NCBI RefSeq assembly: GCF_009914755.1 | Contig: NC_060934.1 | DNA length: 64,000 nucleotides | Source: the human T2T-CHM13v2.0 reference genome, Homo sapiens | Strand: one strand, 5' to 3' | Shown: positions 49,301-62,800 of the stretch, piece after piece | Numbering within the stretch: position 1 is the first letter of the stretch | How the letters are laid out: each line of letters opens with the position of its first letter | Notes under the pieces: model-generated | The model's database searches: none | What the model was told of the DNA's origin: nothing | The model's input: the letters and a program-made list of their open reading frames with translations, nothing else | Made by a program: the position numbers and the translations under genes

Positions 49301-52300
49301 GTAAGTCTGCAGGTGGATAATTGGCCCTCTTTGAGCCCTTCATTGGAAACGGGATTTCCTCATATAATGCTAGACAGAAGAATTCTCAGTAACTTCTTTG
49401 TGTTGTTTGTATTCAACACACAGATTTGAACCTTCCTTTAGAGAGAGCAGATTTGAAACACTCTGTATTTGGAATTTGCAAGTGCAGATTTCAAGCGCTT
49501 CTAGGCCTATGGCAGAAAAGGAAATATCTTCGTATAAAAACTGCACAGAATCATTCTCAACAACTACTTTGTGATGTGTGCGTTCAACTCACAAAGTTTA
49601 ACCTTTCTCTTCATAGAGCAGTTTGGAAACACTCTGTTTGTAAAGCCTGCAATTCCTTTTTTGGACTTCATTGAGGCCTTCGTTGGAAACGGGATTTCTT
49701 CATATAATGCTAGACAGAAGAATTCTCAGTCACTTCTTTGTGTTGTGTGTATTCAAGTCACAGAGTTGAACCTTCCTTTAGACAGAGCAGTTTTGAAAAA
49801 TTCTTTCTGTGGAGTTTGCAAGTGGAGATTTCAAGCGATTTGAGGCTAATCTTTGAAATGGAAATATCTTCGTGTAAAAACTACACAGAATCATTCTCAG
49901 AAACTGCTTTGTTATCTGTGCGTTCAGTTCACAGAGTTTCACCTTTCTCTTCATAGAGCAGTTTGGAAAGACTCTGTCTGTAAAGTCTGCAAGTGATTAG
50001 TTAGACCCCTTTGAGGCCTTCGTTGGAAGCGGGATTTCTCATTTACTGCTAGACAGAAGAATTCTCAGTAAATCCTTTGTGTTGTGTGTATTCAACTCAC
50101 AGAGTGGAACCTTCCTTTATTCAGAGCAGTTTTGAAAAACACTTTTTGTGGAATTTGCAAGTGGAGATTTCAAGCGATTTGACGCCAATCTTAGACATGG
50201 AAATATCTTCATATTAAAAGTACACAGAGTCATTCGTAGAAACTAGTTTGTGATGTGTGCCTTCAACTCACAGAGTTTAACCTTTCTTTTCATAGAGCAG
50301 TTGGGAAACACTCTATTTGTAAAGTCTGCAAGTGGATATTTGGACCTCTTTGAGGCCTTCGTTGGAAATGGGATTTCTTCATACAACAGTAGACAGAAGA
50401 ATTCTCAGTAACTTCTTTGTGTTGTGTGTATTCAACTCACAGAGTTGAACCTTTCTTTAGAGAGAGCAGAGTTGAAACACTCTGTTTTTGGAATTTGCAA
50501 GTGCAGATTTCAAGCGATTCTAGGCCTATGGCAGGAAAGGAAATATCTTCGTATGAAAACTACACAGAATCATTCTCAACAACTACTTTGTGATGTGTGC
50601 GTTCAACTCACAAAGTTTAACCTTTCTTTTCATAGAGCAGTTTGGAAACACGCTGTTTGTAAAGCCTGCAAGTGCTTTTTTGGACTTCATTGAGGCCTTC
50701 GTTGGAAACGGGATTTCTTCATATAATGCTAGACAGAAGAATTCTCAGTAAATCATTTGTGTTGCGTTTATTCAACTCACAGAGTGGAACCTTCCTTTAT
50801 TCAGAGCAGTTTTGAAACACTCTTTTTGTGGAATTTGCAAGTGGAGATTTCAAGCGATTTGACGCCAATCTTAGACATGGAAATATCTTCATATTAAAAG
50901 TACACAGAATCATTCGTAGAAACTAGTTTGGGATGTGTGCCTTCAACTCACAGAGTTTAACCTTTCTTTTCATAGAGCAGTTCGGAAACACTCTATTTGT
51001 AAAGTCTGCAAGTGGATATTTGGACCTCTTTGAGGCCATCGTTGGAAAAGGGATTTCTTCATATAACGCTAGACAGAAGAATTTTCAGTAACTTCTTTGT
51101 GTTGTGTGTATTCAACTCACAGAGTTCAACTTTTCTTTAGAGAGAGCAGAGTTGAAACACTCTTTTTGTGGAATTTGCTAGTGCAGATTTCAAACGCTTC
51201 GAAGACAGTGAAAGCAAAGGATATATCTTCGTATTAAAACTAGACAAAATCATTCTCAGAAAACACTTTGTGATGTGTGTGTTCAACTCACAGAGTTTAA
51301 CCTTTCTTTAATCGAGCAGTTTGGAAATACACTCTTTGTAAGTCTGCAGGTGGATAATTGGCCCTCTTTGAGCCCTTCGTTGGAAACGGGATTTCCTCAT
51401 ATAATGCTAGACAGAAGAATTCTCAGTAACTTCTTTGTGTTGTTTGTATTCAACTCACAGATTTGAACCTTCCTTTAGAGAGAGCAGATTTGAAACACTC
51501 TGTTTTTGGAATTTGCAAGTGCAGATTTCAAGCGATTCTAGGCCTATGGCAGAAAAGGAAATATCTTCGTATAAAAACTACACAGAATCATTCTCAACAA
51601 CTACTTTGTGATGTGTGCGTTCAACTCCCAGAGTTTAACCTTTCTTTTCATAGAGCAGTTTGGAAACACTCTGTTTGTAAAGCCTGCAAGTGCTTTTTTG
51701 GACTTCATTGAGGCCTTCATTGGAAACGGGATTTCTTCATATAATGCTAGACAGAAGAATTCTCAGTCACTTCTTTGTGTTGTGTGTATTCAAGTCACAG
51801 AGTTGAACCTTCTTTTAGACAGAGCAGTTTTGAAAAATTCTTTCTGTGGAATTTGCAATTGGAGACTTTAAGAGATTTGAGGCTAATCTTTGAAATGGAA
51901 ATATCTTCGTGTAAAAACTACACAGAAGCATTCTCAGAAACTGCTTTGTCATCTGTGCGTTCAGTTCACAGAGTTTCACCTTTCTCTTCATAGAGCAGTT
52001 TGGAAAGACTCTGTCTTTAAAGTCTGCAAGTGATTAGTTAGACCCCTTTGAGGCCTTCGTTGGAAGCGGGATTTCTCATTTACTGCAAGACAGAAGAATT
52101 CTCAGTAAATCCTTTGTGTTGTGTGTATTCAACTCACAGAGTGGAACCTTCCTTTATTCAGAGCAGTTTTGAAAAACACTTTTTGTGGAATTTGCAAGTG
52201 GAGATTTCAAGCGATTTGACGCCAATCTTAGACATGGAAACATATTCATATTAAAAGTACACAGTCATTCGTAGAAACTAGTTTGTGATGTGTGCCTTCA

Positions 52301-55280
52301 ACTCACAGAGTTTAACCTTTCTTTTCATAGAGCAGTTTGGAAACACTCTATTTGTAAAGTCTGCAAGTGGATATTTGGACCTCTTTGAGGCCTTCGTTGG
52401 AAACGGGATTTCTTCATATAACGCTAGACAGAAGAATTCTCAGTAACTTCTTTGTGTTGTGTGTATTCAACTCACCGAGTTGAACCTTTCTTTAGAGAGA
52501 GCAGAGTTGAAACACTTTTCTTGTGGAATTTGCTAGTGCAGATTTCAAACGCTTCGAAGACAGTGATAGAAAAGGATATATCTTCGTATTAAAACTAGAC
52601 AAAATCATTCTCAGAAAACACTTTGTGATGTGTGTGTTCAACTCACAGAGTTTAACCTTTCTTTAATTGAGCAGTTTGGAAATACACTCTTTGTAAGTCT
52701 GCAGGTGGATAATTGGCCCTCTTGGAGCCCTTCGTTGGAAACGGGATTTCCTCATATAATGCTAGACAGAAGAATTCTCAGTAACTTCTTTGTGTTGTTT
52801 GTATTCAACTCACAGATTTGAACCTTCCTTTAGAGAGAGCAGATTTGAAACACTCTGTTTTTGGAATTTGCAAGTGCAGATTTCAAGCGCTTCTAGGCCT
52901 ATGGCAGAAAAGGAAATATCTTCGTATAAAAACTACACAGAATCATTCTCAACAACTACTTTGTGATGTGTGCGTTCAACTCACAGAGTTTAACCTTTCT
53001 TTTCTTAGAGCAGTTTGGAAACACTCTGTTTGTAAAGCCTGCAAGTGCTTTTTTGGACTTCATTGAGGCCTTCGTTGGAAACGGGATTTCTTCATATAAT
53101 GCTAGACAGAAGAATTCTCAGTCAGTTCTTTGTGTTGTGTGTATTCAAGTCACAGAGGTGAACCTTCTTTTAGACAGAGCAGTTTTGAAAAATTCTTTCT
53201 GTGGAATTTGCAATTGGAGATTTTAAGCGATTTGAGGCTAATCTTTGAAATGGAAATATCTTCGTGTAAAAACTACACAGAATCATTCTCAGAAACTGCT
53301 TTGTTATCTGTGCGTTCAGTTCACAGAGTTTCACCTTTCTCTTCATAGAGCAGTTTGGAAAGACTCTGTCTGTAAAGTCCGCAAGTGATTAGTTAGACCC
53401 CTTTGAGGCCTTCGTTGGAAGCGGGATTTCTCATTTACTGCTAGACAGAAGAATTCTCAGTAAATCCTTTGTGTTGTGTGTATTCAACTCACAGAGTGGA
53501 ACCTTCCTTTATTCAGAGCAGTTTTGAAAAACACTTTTTGTGGAATTTGCAAGTGGAGATTTCAAGCGATTTGACGCCAATCTTAGACATGGAAATATCT
53601 TCATATTAAAAGTACACAGAGTCATTCGTAGAAACTAGTTTGTGATGTGTGCCTTCAACTCACAGAGTTTAACCTTTCTTTTCATAGAGCAGTTTGGAAA
53701 CACTCTGTTTGTAAAGTCTGCAAGTGGATATTTGGACCTCTTTGAGGCCTTCGTTGGAAACGGGATTTCTTCATACAACGCTAGACAGAAGAATTCTCAG
53801 TAACTTCTTTGTGTTGTGTGTATTCAACTCACAGAGTTGAACCTTTCTTTAGAGAGAGCAGAGTTGAAACACTCTGTTTTTGGAATTTGCAAGTGCAGAT
53901 TTCAAGCGATTCTAGGCCTATGGCAGAAAAGGAAATATCTTCGTATAAAAACTACACAGAATCATTCTCAACAACTACTTTGTGATGTGTGCGTTCAACT
54001 CACAAAGTTTAACCTTTCTTTTCATAGAGAAGTTTGGAAACACTCTGTTTGTAAAGCCTGCAAGTGCTTTTTTGGACTTCATTGAGGCCTTCGTTGGAAA
54101 CGGGATTTCTTCATATAATGCTAGACAGAAGAATTCTCAGTCAGTTCTTTGTGTTGTGTGTATTCAAGTCACAGAGGTGAACCTTCTTTTAGACAGAGCA
54201 GTTTTGAAAAATTCTTTCTGTGGAATTTGCAATAGGAGATTTTAAGCGATTTGAGGCTAATCTTTGAAATGGAAATATCTTCGTGTAAAAACTACACAGA
54301 ATCATTCTCAGAAACTGCTTTGTTATCTGTGCGTTCAGTTCACAGAGTTTCACCTTTCTCTTCATAGAGCAGTTTGGAAAGACTCTGTCTGTAAAGTCTG
54401 CAAGTGATTAGTTAGTCCCCTTTGAGGACTTCGTTGGAAGCGGGATTTCTCATTTACTGCTAGACAGAAGAATTCTCAGTAAATCCTTTGTGTTGTGTGT
54501 ATTCTACTCACAGAGTGGAACCTTCCTTTATTCAGAGCAGTTTTGAAACACTGTTTTTGTGGAATTTGCAAGTGGAGATTTCAAGCGATTTGACGCCAAT
54601 CTTAGACATGGAAATATCTTCATATTAAAAGTACACAGAGTCATTCGTAAAAACTAGTTTGTGATGTGTGCCTTCAACTCACAGAGTTTAACGTTTCTTT
54701 TCATAGAGCAGTTTGGAAACACTCTGTTTGTAAAGTCTGCAAGTGGATATTTGGACCTCTTTGAGGCCTTCGTTGGAAACGGGATTTCTTCATACAACGC
54801 TAGACAGAAGAATTCTCAGTAACTTCTTTGTGTTGTGTGTATTCAACTCACAGAGTTGAACCTTTCTTTAGAGAGAGCAGAGTTGAAACACTCTGTTTTT
54901 GGAATTTGCAAGTGCAGATTTCAAGCGATTCTAGGCCTATGGCAGAAAAGGAAATATCTTCGTATAAAAACTACACAGAATCATTCTCAACAACTACTTT
55001 GTGATGTGTGCGTTCAACTCACAAAGTTTAACCTTTCTCTTCATAGAGCAGTTTGGAAACACTCTGTTTGTAAAGCCTGCAATTCCTTTTTTGGACTTCA
55101 TTGAGGCCTTCGTTGGAAACGGGATTTCTTCATATAATGCTAGACAGAAGAATTCTCAGTCACTTCTTTGTGTTGTGTGTATTCAAGTCACAGAGTTGAA
55201 CCTTCCTTTAGACAGAGCAGTTTTGAAAAATTCTTTCTGTGGAGTTTGCAAGTGGAGATTTCAAGCGATTTGAGGCTAAT
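43400..55280 (+). repeat. 6448-bp tandem duplication (38 monomers); second copy shorter by 1018 bp
   Basis: ORF pairs 43976/50424, 45600/52048 and 48387/54835 are offset 6448; pair 49571/55001 is offset 5430. Shared SNVs: ACAACAGTAG, TGGGATGTG, TGAAAGCAAA, AACATATTCA, CTTGGAGC, CAATAGGAG, TAGTCCCC, TAACGTTT. Boundaries are approximate. Confidence 0.9.
47343..48361 (+). repeat. 6-mer HOR variant A2-B-C (1019 bp); also at 53791-54809 and 60580-61599
   Basis: No D-dimer markers lie between consecutive A dimers; ORF offset 47368->48387 = 1019. Confidence 0.88.
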
Positions 55281-56845
55281 CTTTGAAATGGAAATATCTT
55301 CGTGTAAAAACTACACAGAAGCATTCTCAGAAACTGCTTTGTCATCTGTGCGTTCAGTTCACAGAGTTTCACCTTTCTCTTCATAGAGCAGTTTGGAAAG
55401 ACTCTGTCTTTAAAGTCTGCAAGTGATTAGTTAGACCCCTTTGAGGCCTTCGTTGGAAGCGGGATTTCTCATTTACTGCTAGACAGAAGAATTCTCAGTA
55501 AATCCTTTGTGTTGTGTGTATTCAACTCACAGAGTGGAACCTTCCTTTATTCAGAGCAGTTTTGAAAAACACTTTTTGTGGAATTTGCAAGTGGAGATTT
55601 CAAGCGATTTGACGCCAATCTTAGACATGGAAATATCTTCATATTAAAAGTACACAGAGTCATTCGTAGAAACTAGTTTGTGATGTGTGCCTTCAACTCA
55701 CAGAGTTTAACCTTTCTTTTCATAGAGCAGTTCGGAAACACTCTGTTTGTAAAGTCTGCAAGTGGATATTTGGACCTCTTTGAGGCCTTCGTTGGAAACG
55801 GGATTTCTTCATATAACGCTAGACAGAAGAATTCTCAGTAACTTCTTTGTGTTGTGTGTATTCAACTCACCGAGTTGAACCTTTCTTTAGAGAGAGCAGA
55901 GTTGAAACACTCTTCTTGTGGAATTTGCTAGTGCAGATTTCAAACGCTTCGAAGACAGTGGTAGCAAAGGATATATCTTCGTATTAAAACTAGACAAAAT
56001 CATTCTCAGAAAACACTTTGTGATATGTGTGTTCAACTCACAGAGTTTAATCTTTCTTTAATCGAGCAGTTTGGAAATACACTCTTTGTAAGTCTGCAGG
56101 TGGATAATTTTCCCTCTTTGAGCCCTTCATTGGAAACGGGATTTCCTCATATAATGCTAGACAGAAGAATTCTCAGTAACTTCTTTGTGTTGTTTGTATT
56201 CAACACACAGATTTGAACCTTCCTTTAGAGAGAGCAGATTTGAAACACTCTGTTTTTGGAATTTGCAAGTGCAGACTTCAAGCGCTTCTAGGCCTATGGC
56301 AGAAAAGGAAATATCTTCGTATAAAAAGTACACAGAATCATTCTCAACAACTACTTTGTGATGTGTGCGTTCAACTCACAGAGTTTAACCTTTCTTTTCA
56401 TAGAGCAGTTTGGAAACACTCTGTTTGTAAAGCCTGCAAGTGCTTTTTTGGACTTCATTGAGGCCTTCGTTGGAAACGGGATTTCTTCATATAATGCTGG
56501 ACTGAAGGATTCTCAGTAACTTCTTTGTGTTGTGTGTATTCAAGTCACAGAGTTGAACCTTCTTTTAGACAGAGCAGTTTTGAAAAATTCTTTCTGTGGA
56601 ATTTGCAAGTGGAGATTTCAAGCGATTTGAGGCTAATCTTTGAAATGGAAATATCTTCGTGTCAAAACTACACAGAATGATTCTCAGAAACTGCTTTGTC
56701 ATCTGTGCGTTCAGTTCACAGAGTTTAACCTTTCTCTTCATAGAGCGGTTTGGAAAGACTCTGTCTGTAAAGTCCGCAAGTGATTAGTTAGACCCCTTTG
56801 AGGCCTTCGTTGGAAGCGGGATTTCCCATTTAATTCTAGACAGAA

Positions 56846-59800
56846 GAATTCTCAGTAAATCCTTTGTGTTGTGTGTATTCAACTCACAGAGTGGAACCTT
56901 CCTTTAGAGAGAACAGAGTTGAAACACTCTGTTTTTGGAATTTGCAAGTGCAGATTTCAAGCGATTCTAGGCCTATGGCAGAAAAGGAAATATCTTCGTA
57001 TAAAAACTACACAGAATCATTCTCAACAACTACTTTGTGATGTGTGCGTTCAACTCACAAAGTTTAACCTTTCTTTTCATAGAGAAGTTTGGAAACACTC
57101 TGTTTGTAAAGCCTGCAAGTGCTTTTTTGGACTTCATTGAGGCCTTCGTTGGAAACGGGATTTCTTCATATAATGCAAGACAGAAGAATTCTCAGTAAAT
57201 CCTTTGTGTTGTGTTTATTCAACTCACAGAGTGGAACTTTCCTTTATTCAGAGCAGTTTTGAAACACTCTTTTTGTGGAATTTGCAAGTGGAGATTTCAA
57301 GCGATTTGACGCCAATCTTAGACATGGAAATATCTTCATATTAAAAGTACACAGAATCATTCGTAGAAACTAGTTTGTGATGTGTGCCTTCAACTCACAG
57401 AGTTTAACCTTTCTTTTCATAGAGCAGTTCGGAAACATTCTATTTGTAATGTCTGCAAGTGGACATTTGGACCTCTTTGAGGCCTTCTTTGGAAAAGGGA
57501 TTTCTTCATATAACACTAGACAGAAGAATTCTCAGTAACTTCTTTGTGTTGTGTGTATTCAACTCAGAGAGTTGAACCTTTCTTTAGAGAGAGCAGAGTT
57601 GAAACACTCTTTTTGTGGAATTTGCTAGTGCAGATTTCAAACGCTTCGAAGACAGTGATAGAAAAGGATATATCTTCGTATTAAAACTAGGCAAAATCAT
57701 TCTCAGAAAACACTTTGTGATGTGTGTGTTCAACTCACAGAGTTTAACCTTTCTTTAATCGAGCAGTTTGGAAATACACTCTTTGTAAGTCTGCAGGTGG
57801 ATAATTGGCCCTCTTTGAGCCCTTCATTGGAAACGGGATTTCCTCATATAATGCTAGACAGAAGAATTCTCAGTAACTTCTTTGTGTTGTTTGTATTCAA
57901 CTCACAGATTTGAACCTTCCTTTAGAGAGAGCAGATTTGAAACACTCTGTTTTTGGAATTTGCAAGTGCAGATTTCAAGCGATTCTAGGCCTATGGCAGA
58001 AAAGGAAATATCTTCGTATAAAAACTACACAGAATCATTCTCAACAACTACTTTGTGATGTGTGCGTTCAACTCACAGAGTTTAAACTTTCTTTTCATAG
58101 AGCAGTTTGGAAACACTCTGTTTGTAAAGCCTGCAAGTGCTTTTTTGGACTTCATTGAGGCCTTCGTTGGAAACGGGATTTCTTCATATAATGCTGGACA
58201 GAAGAATTCTCAGTCACTTCTTTGTGTTGTGTGTATTCAAGTCACAGAGTTGAACCTTCCTTTAGACAGAGCAGTTTTGAAAAATTCTTACTGTGGAATT
58301 TGCAAGTGGAGATTTCAAGCGATTTGAGGCTAATCTTTGAAATGGAAATATCTTCGTGTAAAAACTACACAGAATCATTCTCAGAAACTGCTTTGTCATC
58401 TGTGCGCTCAGTTCACAGAGTTTCACCTTTCTCTTCATAGAGCAGTTTGGAAAGACTCTGTCTGTAAAGTCTGCAAGTGATTAGTTAGACCCCTTTGAGG
58501 CCTTCGTTGGAAGCGGGATTTCTCATTTACTGCTAGACAGAAGAATTCTCAGTAAATCCTTTGTGTTGTGTGTATTCAACTCACAGAGTGGAACCTTCCT
58601 TTATTCAGAGCAGTTTTGAAACACTCTTTTTGTGGAATTTGCAAGTGGAGATTTTAAGCGATTTGACGCCAATCTTAGACATGGAAAAATCTTCATATTA
58701 AAAGTACACAGAGTCATTCGTAGAAACTAGTTTGTGATGTGTGCCTTCAACTCACAGAGTTTAACCTTTCTTTTCATAGAGCAGTTGGGAAACACTCTAT
58801 TTGTAAAGTCTGCAAGTGGATATTTGGACCTCTTTGAGGCCTTCGTTGGAAACGGGATTTCTTCATATAACGCTAGACAGAAGAATTCTCAGTAACTTCT
58901 TTGTGTTGTGTGTATTCAACTCACAGAGTTGAACCTTTCTTTAGAGGGAGCAGAGGTGAAACAGTCTTTTTGTGGAATTTGCTAGTGTAGATTTCAAACG
59001 CTTCGAAGTCAGTGATAGAAAAGGATATATCTTCGTATTAAAAGTAGACAAAATCATTCTCAGAAAACTCTTTGTGATGTGTGTGTTCAACTCACAGAGT
59101 TTAAGCTTTCTTTAATCGAGCAGTTTGGAAATACACTCTTTGTAAGTCTGCAGGTGGATATTTGGCCCTCTTTGAGCCCTTCTCTGGAAACGGGATTTCC
59201 TCTTATAATGCTAGACAGAAGAATTCTCAGTAACTTCTCTGTGTTGTTTGTATTCAACACACAGATTTGAACCTTCCTTTAGAGAGAGCAGATTTGAAAC
59301 ACTCTGTTTTTGGAATTTGCAAGTGCAGATTTCAAGCACTTCTAGGCCTATGGCAGAAAAGGAAATATCTTCGTATAAAAACTACACAGAATCATTCTCA
59401 ACAACTACTTTGTGATGTGTGCGTTCAACTCACAGAGTTTAACATTTCTTTTCATAGAGCAGTTTGGAAACACTCTGTTTGTAAAGCCTGCAAGTGCTTT
59501 TTTGGACTTCATTGAGGCCTTCGTTGGAAACGGGATTTCTTCATACAACGCTAGACAGAAGAATTCTCAGTTACTTCTTTGTGTTGTGTGTATTCAACTC
59601 ACAGAGTTGAACCTTTCTTTAGAGAGAGCAGATTTGAAACACTCTGTTTTTGGAATTTGCAAGTGCAGATTTTAAGCGCTTCTAGGCCTATGGCAGAAAA
59701 GGAAATATCTTCGTATAAAAACTACACAGAATCATTCTCAACAACTACTTTGTGATGTGCGCGTTCAACTCACAGAGTTTTACCTTTCTTTTCATAGAGC

Positions 59801-62800
59801 AGTTTGGAAACACTCTGTTTTTAAAGTCTGCAAGTGCTTATTTGGACTTCTTTGAGGCCTTCGTTGGAAACGGGAGTTCTTCATATAATGCTAGACAGAA
59901 GAATTCTCAGTCACTTCTTTGTGTTGTGTGTATTCAAGTCACAGAGTTGAACCTTCCTTTAGACAGAGCAGTTTTGAAAAATTCTTTCTGTGGAATTTGC
60001 AAGTGGAGATTTCAAGCGATTTGAGGCTAATCTTTGAAATGGAAATATCTTCGTGTAAAAACTACACAGAATCATTCTCAGAAACTGCTTTGTCATCTGT
60101 GCGTTCAGTTCACAGAGTTTCACCTTTCTCTTCATAGAGCAGTTTGGAAAGACTCTGTCTGTAAAGTCTGCAAGTGACTAGTTAGACCCCTTTGAGGCCT
60201 TCGTTGGAAGCGGGATTTCTCATTTACTGCTAGACAGAAGAATTCTCAGTAAATCCTTTGTGTTGTGTGTATTCAACTCACAGAGTGGAACCTTCCTTTA
60301 TTCAGAGCACTTTTGAAAAACACTTTTTGTGGAATTTGCAAGTGGAGATTTCAAGCGATTTGACGCCAATCTTAGACATGGAAATATCTTCATATTAAAA
60401 GTACACAGAGTCATTCGTAAAAACTAGTTTGTGATGTGTGCCTTCAACTCACAGAGTTTAACCTTTCTTTTCATAGAGCAGTTTGGAAACACTCTATTTG
60501 TAAAGTCTGCAAGTGGATATTTGGACCTCTTTGAGGCCTTCGTTGGAAACGGGATTTCTTCATACAACGCTAGACAGAAGAATTCTCAGTAACTTCTTTG
60601 TGTTGTGTGTATTCAACTCACAGAGTTGAATCTTTCTTTAGAGAGAGCAGAGTTGAAACACTCTGTTTTTGGAATTTGCAAGTGCAGATTTCAAGCGCTT
60701 CTAGGCCTATGGCAGAAAAGGAAATATCTTCGTATAAAAACTACACAGAATCATTCTCAACAACTACTTTGTGATGTGTGCATTCAACTCACAGAGTTTA
60801 ACCTTTCTTTTCATAGAGCAGTTTGGAAACAGTCTGTTTGTAAAGCCTGCAAGTGGTTTTTTTGGACTTCATTGAGGCCTTCGTTGGAAACGGGATTTCT
60901 TCATATAATGCTAGACAGAAGAATTCTCAGTCACTACTTTGTGTTGTGTGTATTCAAGTCACAGAGTTGAACTTTCCTTTAGACAGAGCAGTTTTGAAAA
61001 ATTCTTTCTGTGGAGTTTGCAAGCGGAGATTTCAAGCGATTTGAGGCTAATCTTTGAAATGGAAATATCTTCGTGTAAAAACTACACAGAATCATTCTCA
61101 GAAACTGCTTTGTCATCTGTGCGTTCAGTTCACAGAGTTTCACCTTTCTCTTCATAGAGCAGTTTGGAAAGACTCTGTCTGTAAAGTCTGCAAGTGATTA
61201 GTTAGACCCCTTTGAGGCCTTCGTTGGAAGCGGGATTTCTCATTTACTGCTAGACAGAAGAATTCTCAGTAAATCCTTTGTGTTGTGTGTATTCAACTCA
61301 CAGAGTGGAACCTTCCTTTATTCAGAGCAGTTTTGAAAAACACTTTTTGTGGAATTTGCAAGTGGAGATTTCAAGCGATTTGACGCCAATCTTAGGCAGG
61401 GAAATATCTTCATATGAAAAGTACACAGAGTCATTCGTAGAAACTAGTTTGTGATGTGTGCCTTCAACTCACAGAGTTTAACCTTTCTTTTCATAGAGCA
61501 GTTTGGAAACACTCTATTTGTAAAGTCTGCAAGTGGATATTTGGACCTCTTTGAGGCCTTCGTTGGAAACGGGATTTCTTCATACAACGCTAGACAGAAG
61601 AATTCTCAGTAACTTCTTTGTGTTGTGTGTATTCAACTCACAGAGTTGAACCTTTCTTTAGAGAGAGCAGAGTTGAAACACTCTGTTTTTGGAATTTGCA
61701 ATTGCAGATTTCAAGCGATTCTAGGCCTATGGCAGAAAAGGAAATATCTTCGTATAAAAACTACACAGAATCATTCTCAACAACTATTTTGTGATGTGTG
61801 CGTTCAACTAACAGAGTTTAACCTTTCTTTTCATAGAGCAGTTTGGAAACACTCTGTTTGTAAAGCCTGCAAGTGCTTTTTTGGACTTCATTGAGGCCTT
61901 CGTTGGAAACGGGATTTCTTCATATAATGCTAGACAGAAGAATTCTCAGTCACTTCTTTGTGTTGTGTGTATTCAAGTCACAGAGTTGAACCTTCCTTTA
62001 GACAGAGCAGTTTTGAAAAATTCTTTCTGTGGAATTTGCAAGTGGAGATTTCAAGCGATTTGAGGCTAATCTTTGAAATGGAAATATCTTCGTGTAAAAA
62101 CTACACAGAATCATTCTCAGAAACTGCTTTGTCATCTGTGCGTTCAGTTCACAGAGTTTCACCTTTCTCTTCATAGAGCAGTTTGGAAAGACTCTGTCTG
62201 TAAAGTCTGCAATTGATTAGTTAGACCCCTTTGAGGCCTTCGTTGGAAGCGGGATTTCTCATTAACTGCTAGACAGAAGAATTCTCAGTAAATCCTTTGT
62301 GTTGTGTGTATTCAACTCACAGAGTGGAACCTTCCTTTAGAGAGAGCAGAGTTGAAACACTCTGTTTTTGGAATTTGCAAGTGCAGATTTCAAGCGATTC
62401 TAGGCCTATGGCAGAAAAGGAAATATCTTCGTATAAAAACTACACAGAATCATTCTCAACAACTACTTTGTGATGTGTGCGTTCAACTCACAAAGTTTAA
62501 CCTTTCTTTTCATAGAGAAGTTTGGAAACACTCTGTTTGTAAAGCCTGCAAGTGCTTTTTTGGACTTCATTGAGGCCTTCGTTGGAAACGGGATTTCTTC
62601 ATATAATGCAAGACAGAAGAATTCTCAGTAAATCCTTTGTGTTGTGTTTATTCAACTCACAGAGTGGAACTTTCCTTTATTCAGAGCAGTTTTGAAACAC
62701 TCTTTTTGTGGAATTTGCAAGTGGAGATTTCAAGCGATTTGACGCCAATCTTAGACATGGAAATATCTTCATATTAAAAGTACACAGAATCATTCGTAGA

